Shown here piece by piece: positions 30,801-42,700 of a stretch of 64,000 nucleotides of DNA. Location of the stretch: positions 5,959,519-6,023,518 of the forward strand of contig CM082580.2 of NCBI GenBank assembly GCA_040954595.2, written 5' to 3'. The position numbers were made by a program, and so were the translations under genes. Numbering within the stretch: position 1 is the first letter of the stretch; each line of letters opens with the position of its first letter. Origin of the DNA: Balanoglossus misakiensis (Eukaryota; Animalia; Hemichordata). Under the pieces are notes generated by a model that was given only the letters and a program-made list of their open reading frames with translations, was not told the origin of the DNA and ran no database searches.

Positions 30801-33800
30801 TGCGAACTGTGTACAGATAGATGGGAGGAGTGGGGCGAGTGGGTGTGGTTGACCGTGGGTCCGTTGGTCGCCGGGGAGTAACTTCTGTTGTAGCTGCCTC
30901 CGTGGCCGGGGTCTGCAAAGTGACAAGCATATAGCAAACTCGACGTCAATACACATGTTCATAATCCATTCGAACTCGCATCTTGATACTGAAATCCTTC
31001 ATGGTGGGGAGAAATGCAAATATTAAAACTGGTCTTTTCAGATACTCCTGCGGCTGGACACAGAATTTAATTTCTTGCTAATCCTTCAGAGACATTTTCT
31101 GCTGGCAAGCCCCTGCTCCAAACAACAATCACAAGAACTGTGGCGATCATCAGAGAATATCAACACATTGGGTTCCACAGTTATAAATGGCATATTTTCA
31201 CAAGCTTCAGTTTTTTTCTTTCTTGAGTTAAAAACCCCTACAGTGTTTCAGTGGTTGTTGTGGCACTTGGGGAAAGGGTTCTAACACAGCCAAAAATTCT
31301 TCTGCTCTGTTTTCTAATACTTCTCTCAAGGGGCGCAAAAGAGTCAAGAGTTCATCTTTTTCTTATCGCACAAACACAGGGCAGTTTGGGAGCGAGTAAT
31401 CTCATCAGAATGAATACATAGAATGGCAAACATCCTCCAGTTCTTGACACCTGCCCCAGTAGACCCCCAAAAACATCCATGTATTATTCAAAACACTTCC
31501 AACTATTTCCGCTTGTCAGGGGGATGCATCACAAGGAGATCAGGAGTACCGGGGAACCTCAGGAGACCGATACACGAAATATGGATTTAGTTCGGATGAC
31601 GTGAAGTAACTGTCATTGCACACTGTCTTACCCCTGGCCCCTTTCTTTCAATATTTTTCTTTGAATCATTATTTACATTTGTTTGCAGAGATACGAAAAC
31701 ACCAGTCAAAATTGATAGGCAGATTCTTGATCGGCGATGGAGGGACTGTGTTTTGAACGACAATTCCATTTCAGGAAGTACAAATTTCATATGCAGAATT
31801 TGGAAAATCTGTACATCAATCGCAAACCACCCAATGTTTCAGTTACACATACATGTAACATGCACTTGATCTGATCACTTATTACGACAGATAAACAAAA
31901 CCCCAAATTCGAAGAACGGTTCAACATAAATTATCTGTATCTAAGTGAAAACACAAATTTAAAATGTTACAGGTTGTATATTATCAACACAAATACAGGT
32001 TGTATATTATCAACACATAATACTAGATACTATAATCAACACAATACAACACATAAGACATGTCCATTAAAAGAAGTAGAAAATAAGACATAAATAGTAC
32101 AATTTATATTACATAGCTGACTGGAGTCTAGAAAGAAAAGAGAATTTTAGAAGAACAAGAGAAAGAATATCTGAAAAGTAGATAGGCAGTCCAGCGGATA
32201 CCTAAGACCAAGACAGAAATAGCTCAAAAGTAGACTGAAATTACATACACTATTTGTTAGAAACAGACAACACATGTGGAGTAACTGGTTTTATTTAGTC
32301 ACATTTACCGTGAAATTAGTTGATGTAATAATTACAGTATTTACACATAATTAGCTATTGGTTAAGAATGATCTGCTACCAGTAACACAATGTCATATTC
32401 TTGGAAGATTATTTTTCCCATTGAACACAGACTTGTTCTCAACTAATCTACAATATCAACTTACAATGTTCTTCTCTTATAACATTTATGTGTCTGGATA
32501 TGAAACTGGTCTTTCTGAAGGACAGCTTACAGTGTGTAACCATCGATCTTTGCTGTATTCACAAATTTGAATTGCCAGAGCCAAACGATGAAATCAAAGT
32601 CTTGCAAAGCAGTGGTTACATATCTCGGAAGAGACCAACAGACAGACCAGATTCGGATTACAAGAAGATGAAGTGATGCTATGTTGATACACTTGCTAAC
32701 ATTTTCTGCCTGGGAACGAAACAAGCCTTACATTTCTTGACTATCACATATACTACAGATTTTTCTCCATATCTCTTTTGGCTTTATTTTAACTATTTGT
32801 CTGCTGTGTACCAAATGCAATTTCTTGTTCTACTCCAAACAGCATGCTTATAAGACCCAAAACTTGATCATCACCTCGGATACTAACAGGCAGGGTGGAC
32901 ATCCACATATCACCCAGAAAAGGCCCAAGTATTTCACTATGTTAAGTACAATGCACATATCACCACAGTATAAAGCCCCAGTACGTTCACCAACAAAACG
33001 ATGTAAACTGTAGTTGTGCACTGCAGTGATCATCGTCAATAGTTTGAAGACAATGTTTCTAGCTCACCTGCATAATAAGGGTTACCGTAAGGATCCTGGT
33101 ACATTCTGTAATTTTCTATAGTGTAATAATAACAGTGAAAGGGACATAGCAGGTTCAGTTAACTCTTTCTCATGATGGGGGTATCGATCGGTCTTCTTAT
33201 TGGGACTTGGTCTTCTTGGATACAGGTAGCATGCATGTATTGTGTTATTAAGGTGAGAGGCACTGATAAACCACCGCCTAGCAACAGTGGACCTTCAAAC
33301 CACTGTTGCTACAGGTGAAGTATGAATACTCTTATTTTTGTTTAGTGGTCACCGGAGATGGGTCGATCACTGGCTCTCACCTTATAAAGCTACCTTACCT
33401 CTCACAAAGTATGTTGCCTTGCCCAATAATCAAGGGTCTGGCACATGTGGCAGAAGGGGAGGGGGGATACACACACAAGGGGAAACAAGACAAACTTGAC
33501 ACCCCAGTGGGAGATACCATTCAACAGGAGGGGGAACCAAGACGTACGACGATACTTTTGCATGCACGTACACCCATTGTCATTTCGGTATTCTGTTCCA
33601 TTCTAGGGACTCACTGATTCCCCCATTTTGTTATTTTCACTGGTTATGTGCATTGATTTACATTTACATTTTACAGTAGTTGTTATACATGATGGCTATC
33701 TGCATAATTTCACAAAACACCCCAATAAAACAATCGAGAAGTGACACATTTTCTACTTAGTTAGCAGAAAGACAGTGAGTTGGAAAATAAAACCAAACAA

Positions 33801-36800
33801 ATGCGTGAGAGACACAAAGATGGAGGAAACTTGTTCCCCAGAATGGAACTTCAAACAGTGGACAGCATGCATATCCCCCTCTTTGGGGGAAAACATCAAG
33901 CTACTATTACCTTGTTGATAAGTTTGTAAAGGATCTTGATTTTGGTCCATTAGCCCTCTGTCTTGGAGTACTTTACTGTAAGGTAATCAGAAACAGAAAA
34001 GGTTACATTTACCACCAGAAGATTTCACACTGGGGTTATGTTAGTAACTGTTGCATGCAGGTACGAAAAACACAAATCATTAATACGTTACTCTTGCCTG
34101 TAAGCTAATGCCACTACACATGTTAAGCTTGGACCATTCGCCTCCCTTTACAAGAATGGACCTGGCCTCTTTTTTGTACAAGTCAGGTCACAGCATTCCT
34201 CGCGAGAGGGGGGTGAAGGTTCAAGCTTTAACGGTGATGGTTTAGGTCTAGTGCTCTACTACAGTGCAGGTTTTTTAAACTGGTGCTGGGAAGCTTTTTA
34301 AGGAAGGATGGGTCAATTTTGAAAGATGAGAGTTTATCTTTGATGAGACCTAGAAAAATGACAGCTGAAAAAGAAAGAGTGTTTGAAAAAAAATAAGTTC
34401 ACAGAAGCAAAATGAACGACAGGACTTACAGGCAAGAATCAACCAGATGAGATCCACTCATTTTGCTGTCTGTATCACTCTCATCAGCTAAGTGACTCTC
34501 ATTCTGGGCCGAGTGTCGCCATTGAAAAGACTCATCGGTCGAACTGTAGCCGAGGTGTATACGACACACACAAAACAGATGGAGGGGGGGAAAATACACA
34601 AAACAATTATAATGAAATAAGGGAAATCAGAACGAGGGACACCTGTGTTACAGCCTCATCTTTCTAAAACCTCAAAAGCTTCATCAGCAGCAAAAAAATT
34701 ATTTTAGCGTTCTACTGCGATACGACGGCATGCATTGTGGTAACCGCTTGCCAAATGCTGTCTACAGAACATATCATGCTTGGTTAAGAAGTATTAGGAA
34801 CGAGACAACGAGGTACTTTTTCGTGAATCTTAACAAACATCCAAACGTCTATTACAGTACAGATTTAATACTGACAACGAAAATATGAATTTGAGACAGG
34901 TCAACAAAATGTATCTACAACCTACATTTTTAACAATTACATCACACAGAGTACATGGGACATTGACACGGGCAGTACTGTACTTAGATTTTTTTTTATG
35001 CTTTCGTCTTTCGCACGGACGTGAGAGTCTTGAGAATCAGGTTGACACCAGGGCCATCCCTCTTTCTTACCTAATACTGCTCATACTAGCCGTCTCAGAC
35101 CCTAATTTGACCTTCTCCAGCTGGTTGGCGACACTCTGCCGCTCGGCCTCTAACTCCCGAGTTAGCTTCTCAAATTGTGCCTCCTAAAGTTGAAAGTATC
35201 TTGTCAGATACATTACAAACAGGGCTTTGCAAATGCGCCCATCACGCAAAAATGACCATTGAGAGCCGGGGGAAAAACCTGCACTGCAGACAAAATTTTG
35301 CAATACAAAAATAACTCAAAAATCTGGAAATTTGATTTTGTTGAAATATGGTGCTGTGTTGTATTGGGAACTATGGGAAGAAATGTTTAAACTCTATTTC
35401 AGCAATTAAACTGCACTCTGGAACAAATTGTTCGAGAACTGATGGAGGAAACAAACGGGAACGAAGTCATCGTATAACGAAAACAAAGATCCACAGTCTT
35501 CTCCTTCAGTTCTTGCAGAAACCTGTTCCGGAGTGCGGTGCAATTTCCAAGATGGCCGCCCATGCGTCCCTTCGCTACAGGTCACTTTTGCTGATGGGGC
35601 ACACAGGCACAGTCTCTGCCGAACAGCTACTCTGCATGGATGGTTGGGTTCATCACACAATCACAGCCACTTAGAGCTATTGTCAGTCAACTGTTAAACA
35701 ACCGCAAAATGAGTGGATTTCATTCTCACAAAACACAATCACGCCACAAGACTCCGTGGTCTCAAGGTGTTCCCCAGGACATCGGTGATGCATGCCTGGC
35801 TGCCATTTACACATGTGAACACGGTTAGATTGGATCAGTCTGTTAATAAGAAAGTTCTACACACTTCATCAGTGTGTAATGTCAGTCAAAGCTCCATTGG
35901 CTGTAACTTTTTGCTATGTTTTCAGTATTTCTGCTTTGTGAATTTACTGGTCTATTGTTCAAATTCCTGAAACACGATGAAATGCCCAGTATCCAGCTTA
36001 TTCACACAAACCTATATGTATGTAGTCAGCATTGTTATTGTGCGAAATTTGAATTCAAGTCCGGACTAGAATTCATCAGTCAACCATAATGGCTGTTACA
36101 CACATATAGGCTACATATGTTGACAAACAGAGTACTGGGTATATTAGCATGCTGCTTGGAGTCTAGCAAGAAATTGCATATGGTACACGGAAGAAAATAC
36201 TGAAAACAAAGCCAAAAGTTACAGCTAATGTCCCTTTAATAGAAAGTTCTACACTTCAACAATGGTAGTGTCAGTCGTTTTGTTAAAGACTTTGTCATGC
36301 TACATGTGGAGCATGAAAATTGTTAGTTATTCTCTCTGCTATGGTCGATGCAGGCCTTCCGTAAAGTTCAAAATCCACGAGTCAGTCGCTACTCTTGATT
36401 ATCTTCTGTTAGTGGGGAGAGATGCAATCAAGAACATTAACTATATCATGTCTTTTTGCTAAATTCTGCAAGTCCTTGTTACACATGTACAGTGCTTCAT
36501 TTCCAACAATGGAGACTGCCACATTTGGATAGGGGAAGAAATCTGAAACCTTTCGCCACCTACCTGTGGTTGAAACGCGCTGTTTTTTTTCACCTCATTG
36601 TCAGATCAACACACAAAATGTTGTCAAAGGTTAAAGATGGGTAATGGGTAATGTGAAATTTTATCGCTCTCCAAATTTCAGTTGGAAATGATTGCTGTAT
36701 ATGTGTGTGTACTTCTGCACAAATTTAGGGGAACGTGTCTCCATAAGCTGTCCGCTTCCACAGGACAGTATTGCAAAGATGGCAGTGTGCAAGACTTCAT

Positions 36801-37539
36801 GCAATGAGCGAGCCATACAGGGGAGGGGAAGAAAAAGGGCATGCCGTGCGCGATGATGAATTCAGCGTGTCATCAAGCCAAGGTAAAAGGACAGTGGAAT
36901 ACTGACCACGTTGTATTGCTGTCTCTGGTGTGAGCTATAGACAAGGAGAGGTCGCGTTGTTTCAGTGGTGTAGTAACGTGTTTCAGAAGTCATAGCTAAG
37001 TGAGAGCAAAGACACTGAAATCAATGACTGCACCAGAGAAAATGTGTGTCAGTTTTTTACGTCACCAAAAAAAAAAGCTAGGAAAGAGCAGGAAAAAAAG
37101 TGTTTGAACTCTGCCACCAGTATTAGGCAAGTAGAAAAAGTAATAGACCATTTTCTGAACTCCATGAGACCTTGCGAGATCTCGCGTGGCTAGGCCATAT
37201 ACATGGGAGGACATTGTCATTTGACACAGGACAAACAACACATTGCACATCGTGTCAAACGACACAAAAGTCACAATTTTTTTGTTAAAATGTGCACCTA
37301 TTCCAGTTTCATACAAAGCTTGACTCGTGTTATTAGCACACAACCCGTTGCTACGGTAATTAACCAAGTCTCGCGAGATCTCGCACCGAGTGGAAAGTCG
37401 TCTATTTTATGGGACGTACCTGCTCTTTTACGGACTGCAGGATACTTGCGGCACTTTCTGGATCTGAATTGATGTCGTGACTGGCTTGCCTGAAGGCGTA
37501 CATTAATGTGCGATCTTCGCCATTATGTCCTTCTGGCAT
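18802..37539 (-). CDS. CTNND2: p120-subfamily armadillo catenin (delta-catenin/CTNND2/PKP4/ARVCF-like), ~1107 aa. Exons 37420-37539, 35071-35183, 34430-34543, 33911-33975, 30752-30912, 27262-27745, 26707-26850, 26049-26165, 25588-25723, 25212-25449, 24230-24384, 23772-23889, 21789-21967, 21383-21563, 20828-20978, 20254-20486, 19648-19930, 19284-19450, 18802-18966
   Basis: N-terminal coiled coil [45 protein letters not shown]; ARM repeats ([91 protein letters not shown]); C-terminal PDZ ligand DSWV*. All junctions are GT-AG and phase-compatible, with an in-frame TGA upstream of ATG 37539. The symbol names the closest vertebrate type; the gene is probably co-orthologous to the whole p120 subfamily. 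Confidence 0.93.
21073..21262. mobile_element. ~190-bp Kolobok-like MITE (TTAA target, AGG...CCT ends)
   Basis: TTAA-AGGTATACAGTCACCT ... AGGTGACTGTATACCT-GTAA: perfect 16-bp TIR. Confidence 0.7.
21260..21353 (+). mobile_element. piggyBac-like MITE family A
   Basis: TAACCCTTTCACCCCCAGTTCTCTC...GGTGAGAGGGGTTAA; internal sequence like the copy at 10561-10653. Confidence 0.75.
28233..28586. mobile_element. ~350-bp palindromic (foldback) MITE, Kolobok-like ends, copy 1
   Basis: CATTAGCTGTAACTTTT...AAAAGTTACAGCTAATG inverted termini; central perfect palindrome TGAATTCAAGTCCGGACTTGAATTCA (28399-28424); homologous to 35886-36239. Confidence 0.8.
29289..29378 (-). CDS. Candidate 90-nt cassette exon of the catenin gene ([30 protein letters not shown])
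   Basis: acacag|TCC...CAG|gttggg, phase 0-0, GC-richer than its flanks, open in the catenin frame. Confidence 0.5.
30635..30666 (-). mobile_element. Truncated end of piggyBac-like MITE family A
   Basis: TCTAAAGAGGGAACTGGGGGTGAAAGGGTTAA is identical to the end of the copy at 12441-12533. Confidence 0.65.
31968..32019. repeat. 26-bp tandem duplication
   Basis: TACAGGTTGTATATTATCAACACA(AA/TA) x2. Confidence 0.85.
33068..33115 (-). CDS. Candidate 48-nt cassette microexon of the catenin gene ([16 protein letters not shown])
   Basis: ctatag|AA...GCAG|gtgagc, phase 1-1, frame-preserving between exons 33911-33975 and 30752-30912, no stop codon. Confidence 0.6.
35886..36239. mobile_element. ~350-bp palindromic MITE, copy 2
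   Basis: Colinear with 28233-28586; ends AAAAGTTACAGCTAATGTCCCTTTAA; centre GAATTCAAGTCCGGACTAGAATTC. Confidence 0.8.
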
Positions 37540-39499
37540 TCTAATGAGATGATCTGAATGGTGACCCCGCACCCCTCAATTACGCAGAACGTTTGTACAC
37601 GCACGAGTATCTGTAAAAGACAATAAAAGAGAGGTCATGTAGGGTTATTATTTTGTTGAGAATTTCTGGATAAATAGTAATAATGTACATGTTGGCAATA
37701 AACAAAATAGTTAGTACCAGGCACCGTTCATGGTGATGATCCTAGTATGGTCATAGAGATGGTCAAACATGGTCATGGGACAACGGTAATCAAGATCAGG
37801 ACAATGATCTGATGTGGGATGACGATGATTGCCTAAGGTAACAAGGAATTTTACATGGGCATGACTTTCCCGACACTTCCTGTTTGCAAAACAACAGAGC
37901 CCAAACGGTAATTGCACCTTTCTAAGGTGTGGCACGTTACTCAGGTTACCATATTATATTAAGTGGAAGTTGCACAACAATTCCGCTTGGCAATCACAAT
38001 GTGTGTGAAATCTAGCATTTGAGAACACAGACCCTTACAAGGCGCACATATATTTGTTTCTGTTCCCTGTAATATTACCACACATACATTAGCTATGCAA
38101 AAATTCTTCACAAATGACCACAATATGACATCACAGTATGATCACAATTTTGAAACCAAACTCAACATCCTGCATCTTGACATTTTATGTTACCTTTGTG
38201 TCACAGACAAATACTTGTAACAGAAGCGCGAGATCATAACAAATTTTACTAACGGTTCAAACCATCTGCAGTTTGCCGTATATTTAAAACAGATGTCTCC
38301 AATATGCAGTGAATTCTACGAAAGCTCGTCTTCGCTTTCTCTAATGGTACAGGTCATCCCTGGGGTTGCGGTGCAGGTGTTGCTCTCTGAACCTGCAGAG
38401 TGCCAGCATCACGCAAATGACAAATGTATGTAGCATAGCAGTGTTTGATTTGATGAAATGGACCCTATACATCTAGTAGGCTGAACTAGTTTCATTGCAA
38501 TCTCTGTATCCCTTTTCTTTATGCATGAATAACCAGGGCTCGTTTCATTGCAAGGCGACAAAGACCTACATGTACTCAACAAAAGAAACAAGAACGTCAC
38601 CAAACAGGAATTGATGTTTCTTGCATATTCCCTCAATCCTGTTTTGTAATCCTCTTTTCTCCCAAGGTCCTAGATAATCACAAAAATGTAGGATTACGAA
38701 CTTCAACTTGGCCAAAGCCCCAGGCCACAACACCACTGTGTTGTTATAGTGTTCTGTTTCCTTCCACTTCTAACCACAGCCAATTCCTACCATATTATTT
38801 TACCACTTCATTCTTTGGTGGTGGTATAAATCCCCAAGTGCCGTCAAGACACTTGACCCTGACCTTTGACCCAGCTAACCGCAGCAGGTCATTCCTTTGA
38901 CGTGACAAATAATCATCCATAAAAAAAAATTCACTTGACCCTGACTTCACCCAGGTGACCTCAGATGAATACGAGGCTTGACCGGGAGGTCATTGGTTCC
39001 TTTATTAATCATTTAGCAAAATACTCGACCAGTGACAGAATCTTGGGCCACAGATACCAGTCAACCTCGGTATCTCTCTGAACGTCCACCTACACAGTGG
39101 AATTTATTCCCAGAATTTGCCAACTCAGGTCAGTCAGGGTACGCCGCGTCCATAAACAAGACAATATTTCTCTAAAGAGCTACCCTACAAATAACAACAC
39201 TACAATGCCATGAACCAATGCCACCCATCCTAATAATCTAAGACAATACATGTATAAACTACTGAGATATGCCAGGCAAAGAACAGACTACTGACATTTA
39301 TTTCATTTCACATTCCAGCAGAGTCAGATCTAGACAGTGCAGCTTTTCATGAAACACAGCCATTCATATACCAGGGCCATTCAACCAACTAAAAGCCATA
39401 TACCTGGGCTATTCAACCAAACCTCCTGTGTATACACAACAAACAAAGGACGCTGCTGTGTTGAAAAATATTTTTTTTCTCTCCAAAACATAGCCTTAC

Positions 39500-39760
39500 C
39501 TTCCTCCGAGTTGACGGTACCCGCAACAGAAACTGACAAAGGTGATTCCCAGACGGAATAGCACTGGAATCTTTCGACCAACGAGAATTCCTGACAGGGT
39601 AAATGTCCCGGCAAAATATTCGCTCAGATCCACAACAACACACGAACTATACGGAGCACTGCAGCTGGTAGTGGTAGCTTACGCGCATGTTGACTTGCCC
39701 GAGCATTGCCCGCATAGTTTCGGGATGACTCATCCATCATGGCTGCACCCAGACAAAACA
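39500..39760 (-). other. Candidate alternative 5' non-coding exon of the catenin gene
   Basis: Consensus donor GAAG|gtaagg at 39500/39499 ends a CpG-rich patch. The ATG-containing exon has an acceptor (ttttacag|37610), so it needs an upstream exon. The 5' boundary is approximate. Confidence 0.4.
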
Positions 39761-42700
39761 AATCGAACAGGTAAAACCCACGCTGCCCATTCACATGCTA
39801 ACTCCGACCTAGCCTATTCCAAATAGACGACGCTGTGAGTTGAGACACCGGTCATAAATAACAATCATTACACACAGATAGTCACAATATCAACAGGTAC
39901 TGATGTCGCTCACAACAAAGGTTTTGATAATAACACCTACAATGCGAATTGGAAGAGTCCACAGTGTGGCAGGTGGGTCAAGTCTCACCAATCCGAGGGA
40001 CTTCTTCAGACATCAAAACATTTGAAAATTACAAGTCATAAACAGGAAACACTCTTGATAATATTTGTTTTTCTGGCATATACAAAATTTGGAGGGATAT
40101 GTAGATAATTTGGTTCCACTAGTATCCTGTTGCTATGTAAATATCCTGAAGTTCTGACTTATACTAATCAATTCTTTAGTTTGATTTCTACAAAAACAAA
40201 CCACTAAGCTAGCTTTCCAGCCAGCTTTTCATTAAAAAGTCATTAAACCCAGCTGCTAAAAATATTGAATGATGTAAGCAAATAGCCCATGTCCTCATGA
40301 GGTCAAAGCTCTTGATGTAAAAAACTTCCTGTGTGCTACAAAGCTATTTCCATATCCCCTTATTACATTTGTCAGGTACTGTAGCAAACAGAGCTTGCTC
40401 AGAGATGAGAAGTACCTAATATGTTATCTCAGTGGGGGTGGGTCACTAGTTTGGTTTGAATGGTAATGACATCATGACATGCTGATGTTCGGACCGAGTG
40501 GGAGTAGAGAGGTCTTCTCCCGTCTGGTAATACGTGGAGGAATTTCATTTTGTTGGTTAATTAAAACTTCATGCACATGAATGTCTACTACACTCAATGA
40601 ATCCACCCATGTATTAGCTATTCCAAGTTGTATATTTCGGATTGGATTAGTTGCACAGTTGTACTGGGTTAGAGTCCAGCAAAGTCAATTAATTTCTTCA
40701 TTGAACTTGAAGGTAAATTCAACTGGATTATCACGATCACACTCTAACTTTGATATTTGACAGGGCACAATAAAATGCTCGCAAATGAGCAACAGGCCTT
40801 ACGAAGGCTTCTACACTCAAAACCTACTTGGCACCAAAATGGCCCTAAACTGTCGGCAGCCCCAGCGAAGTGTGATTAAAAATAGCCATGTGTTTAGTAT
40901 TTTACCACAGCAGGTCAAGGCATTTTCTCTTCAAAGTGCAATATGAATGGATCTCGGAGGCCAGATGTCAACTATTTGAAAGCTTGGAAGACATACACGC
41001 TTCGGGGTAAATTGTAAAAATAGCAGGGATTTCTCTTCTGAGGGTTGGAATGACAGGGGTGAAACATTTTGTAGTAGAAGTGCACAGCAGATGGGTTCCA
41101 CATACCATCACATAGCAATGAAAGTCTGATCTGACTTCAATGGCTAGACCACTATTACAGCATTACTATAGGATTACCCCTACGTCTTGACCCCTGGGGT
41201 TGAAGCAGGCTGGCTGAGGTCAACAACGGCGGTAGTACAGGTGTACTGTAGACAGATAATCTGTACACTGACCTGTGGCTGGAGAGGCCAACTTCCACAC
41301 AGGCAAAGAAACAAAGAACTGCTTATACGTATTGCTCCAACTGTTGACGTAATACTATGCCTGGTATGCTTCGGTGGAATTCTGACTTCGCAGTAATACA
41401 ACGATGAGAGGATTCGCTGCGAATTACCTAGGCAGCTTTATCTCTTAAAGTCAAACTGCAGCAGTCAGTCTTGCAAGGAAAGCGATTTTCTGCTACTTGA
41501 CCAACAAAGCAGGCTTCCTCTCAGTCTCACCAGAAAGATCCTACTGCTCTGAAACCATTAGAAACCAATAAGCTCCTGTCCACTTTGTAACACATCCTGT
41601 TGCATTCGCAACACACTAATAATTCGTTTCAGGACGACTTCTGCACCTCCCACACACAACTCCTTCCTGGGTAATACTTTGCTCAACCACAGAACGGACG
41701 CGCAAACACTCAGGTGCCGACAACGTCACCTTGCCTATCATTAATTCTCGGGGTGTGGCTTTGGTGAGTAACCACCTAAACTCATCTCCCCCAACACATC
41801 CACACTGAGACACCAGGTATAATAAACAGATGATTAATGCCAGGCTCACTTTAATTGTTTCGCAAGTAAAAATAGCGTCCTATCAGCCATCACTTGTTAG
41901 AGTGAGAACACTACTGTTGGAGAGGTGACTGTTGTCAAGTACACGGATACTCTAGCACTTGTACATGCACAGAATGTCCTATAGTGTAATAAATGTTCCC
42001 TGGAAGTGGAATGCTGTTCTGAGATCACCACTCTCATGATCATATCAGTTCAAACACATTCTCACTAAACTAACTATATATTTTGAGAAAAAAACCCTCA
42101 GCACTCTGGAGTTTGTAGGAGTACGAAAATAGAAATGTTACTGCAATGATGTAGAGTGATGATTTTTTCTTCAAAATTATAGTAGTTACTGAGAATGTCA
42201 GTATGGTTGAAACTAAAACCAATACAGAAGACACACAGGGAAGTAAACAGCACTTGAGGTACATGTATAAAGGTTAACAAAGATATCCATCATATTTTAA
42301 TTTTTCGATCTAACAACGATATCAACGATGTATCTATGACAGATACGAGTCACATATCCATTACTCTTAGTTTAATTATTAATAGCACCGGTACTTACAA
42401 AACATGACGCAAAGCACGAAAAGTATGACTAGAACATAGTTTTGAAATTCAAACCACAACAGCCTTATCTTCTTACTTGTAACAGCTGACTCCAAAATGC
42501 CTGATCTCATATAACCTACAATCGTTGGTCCTGTTGGCATACTTTTATCAGCTAGCATTAAAATGAAATTTCAAGTGAAAATCGTTCTTATTACATAATC
42601 AGACTCAGTATAGTTTAACAAGCACATTAATTTAACTTTTGTGCGAAAAACAAATAGGCAAATTAGACTGCTGTGTTGAACAATAGCATGTTCATAATAG

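Noticed and set aside
33164-33437. Further small catenin exons (33399-33437; 33164-33214)
   Set aside because: The first gives an immediate stop in the expected phase. The second has weak sites and would leave a 48-nt intron.
33068-33975. Mutually exclusive exon pair (33911-33975 vs 33068-33105)
   Set aside because: The upstream acceptor at 33115 has the better pyrimidine tract and makes the small exon a simple frame-preserving cassette.
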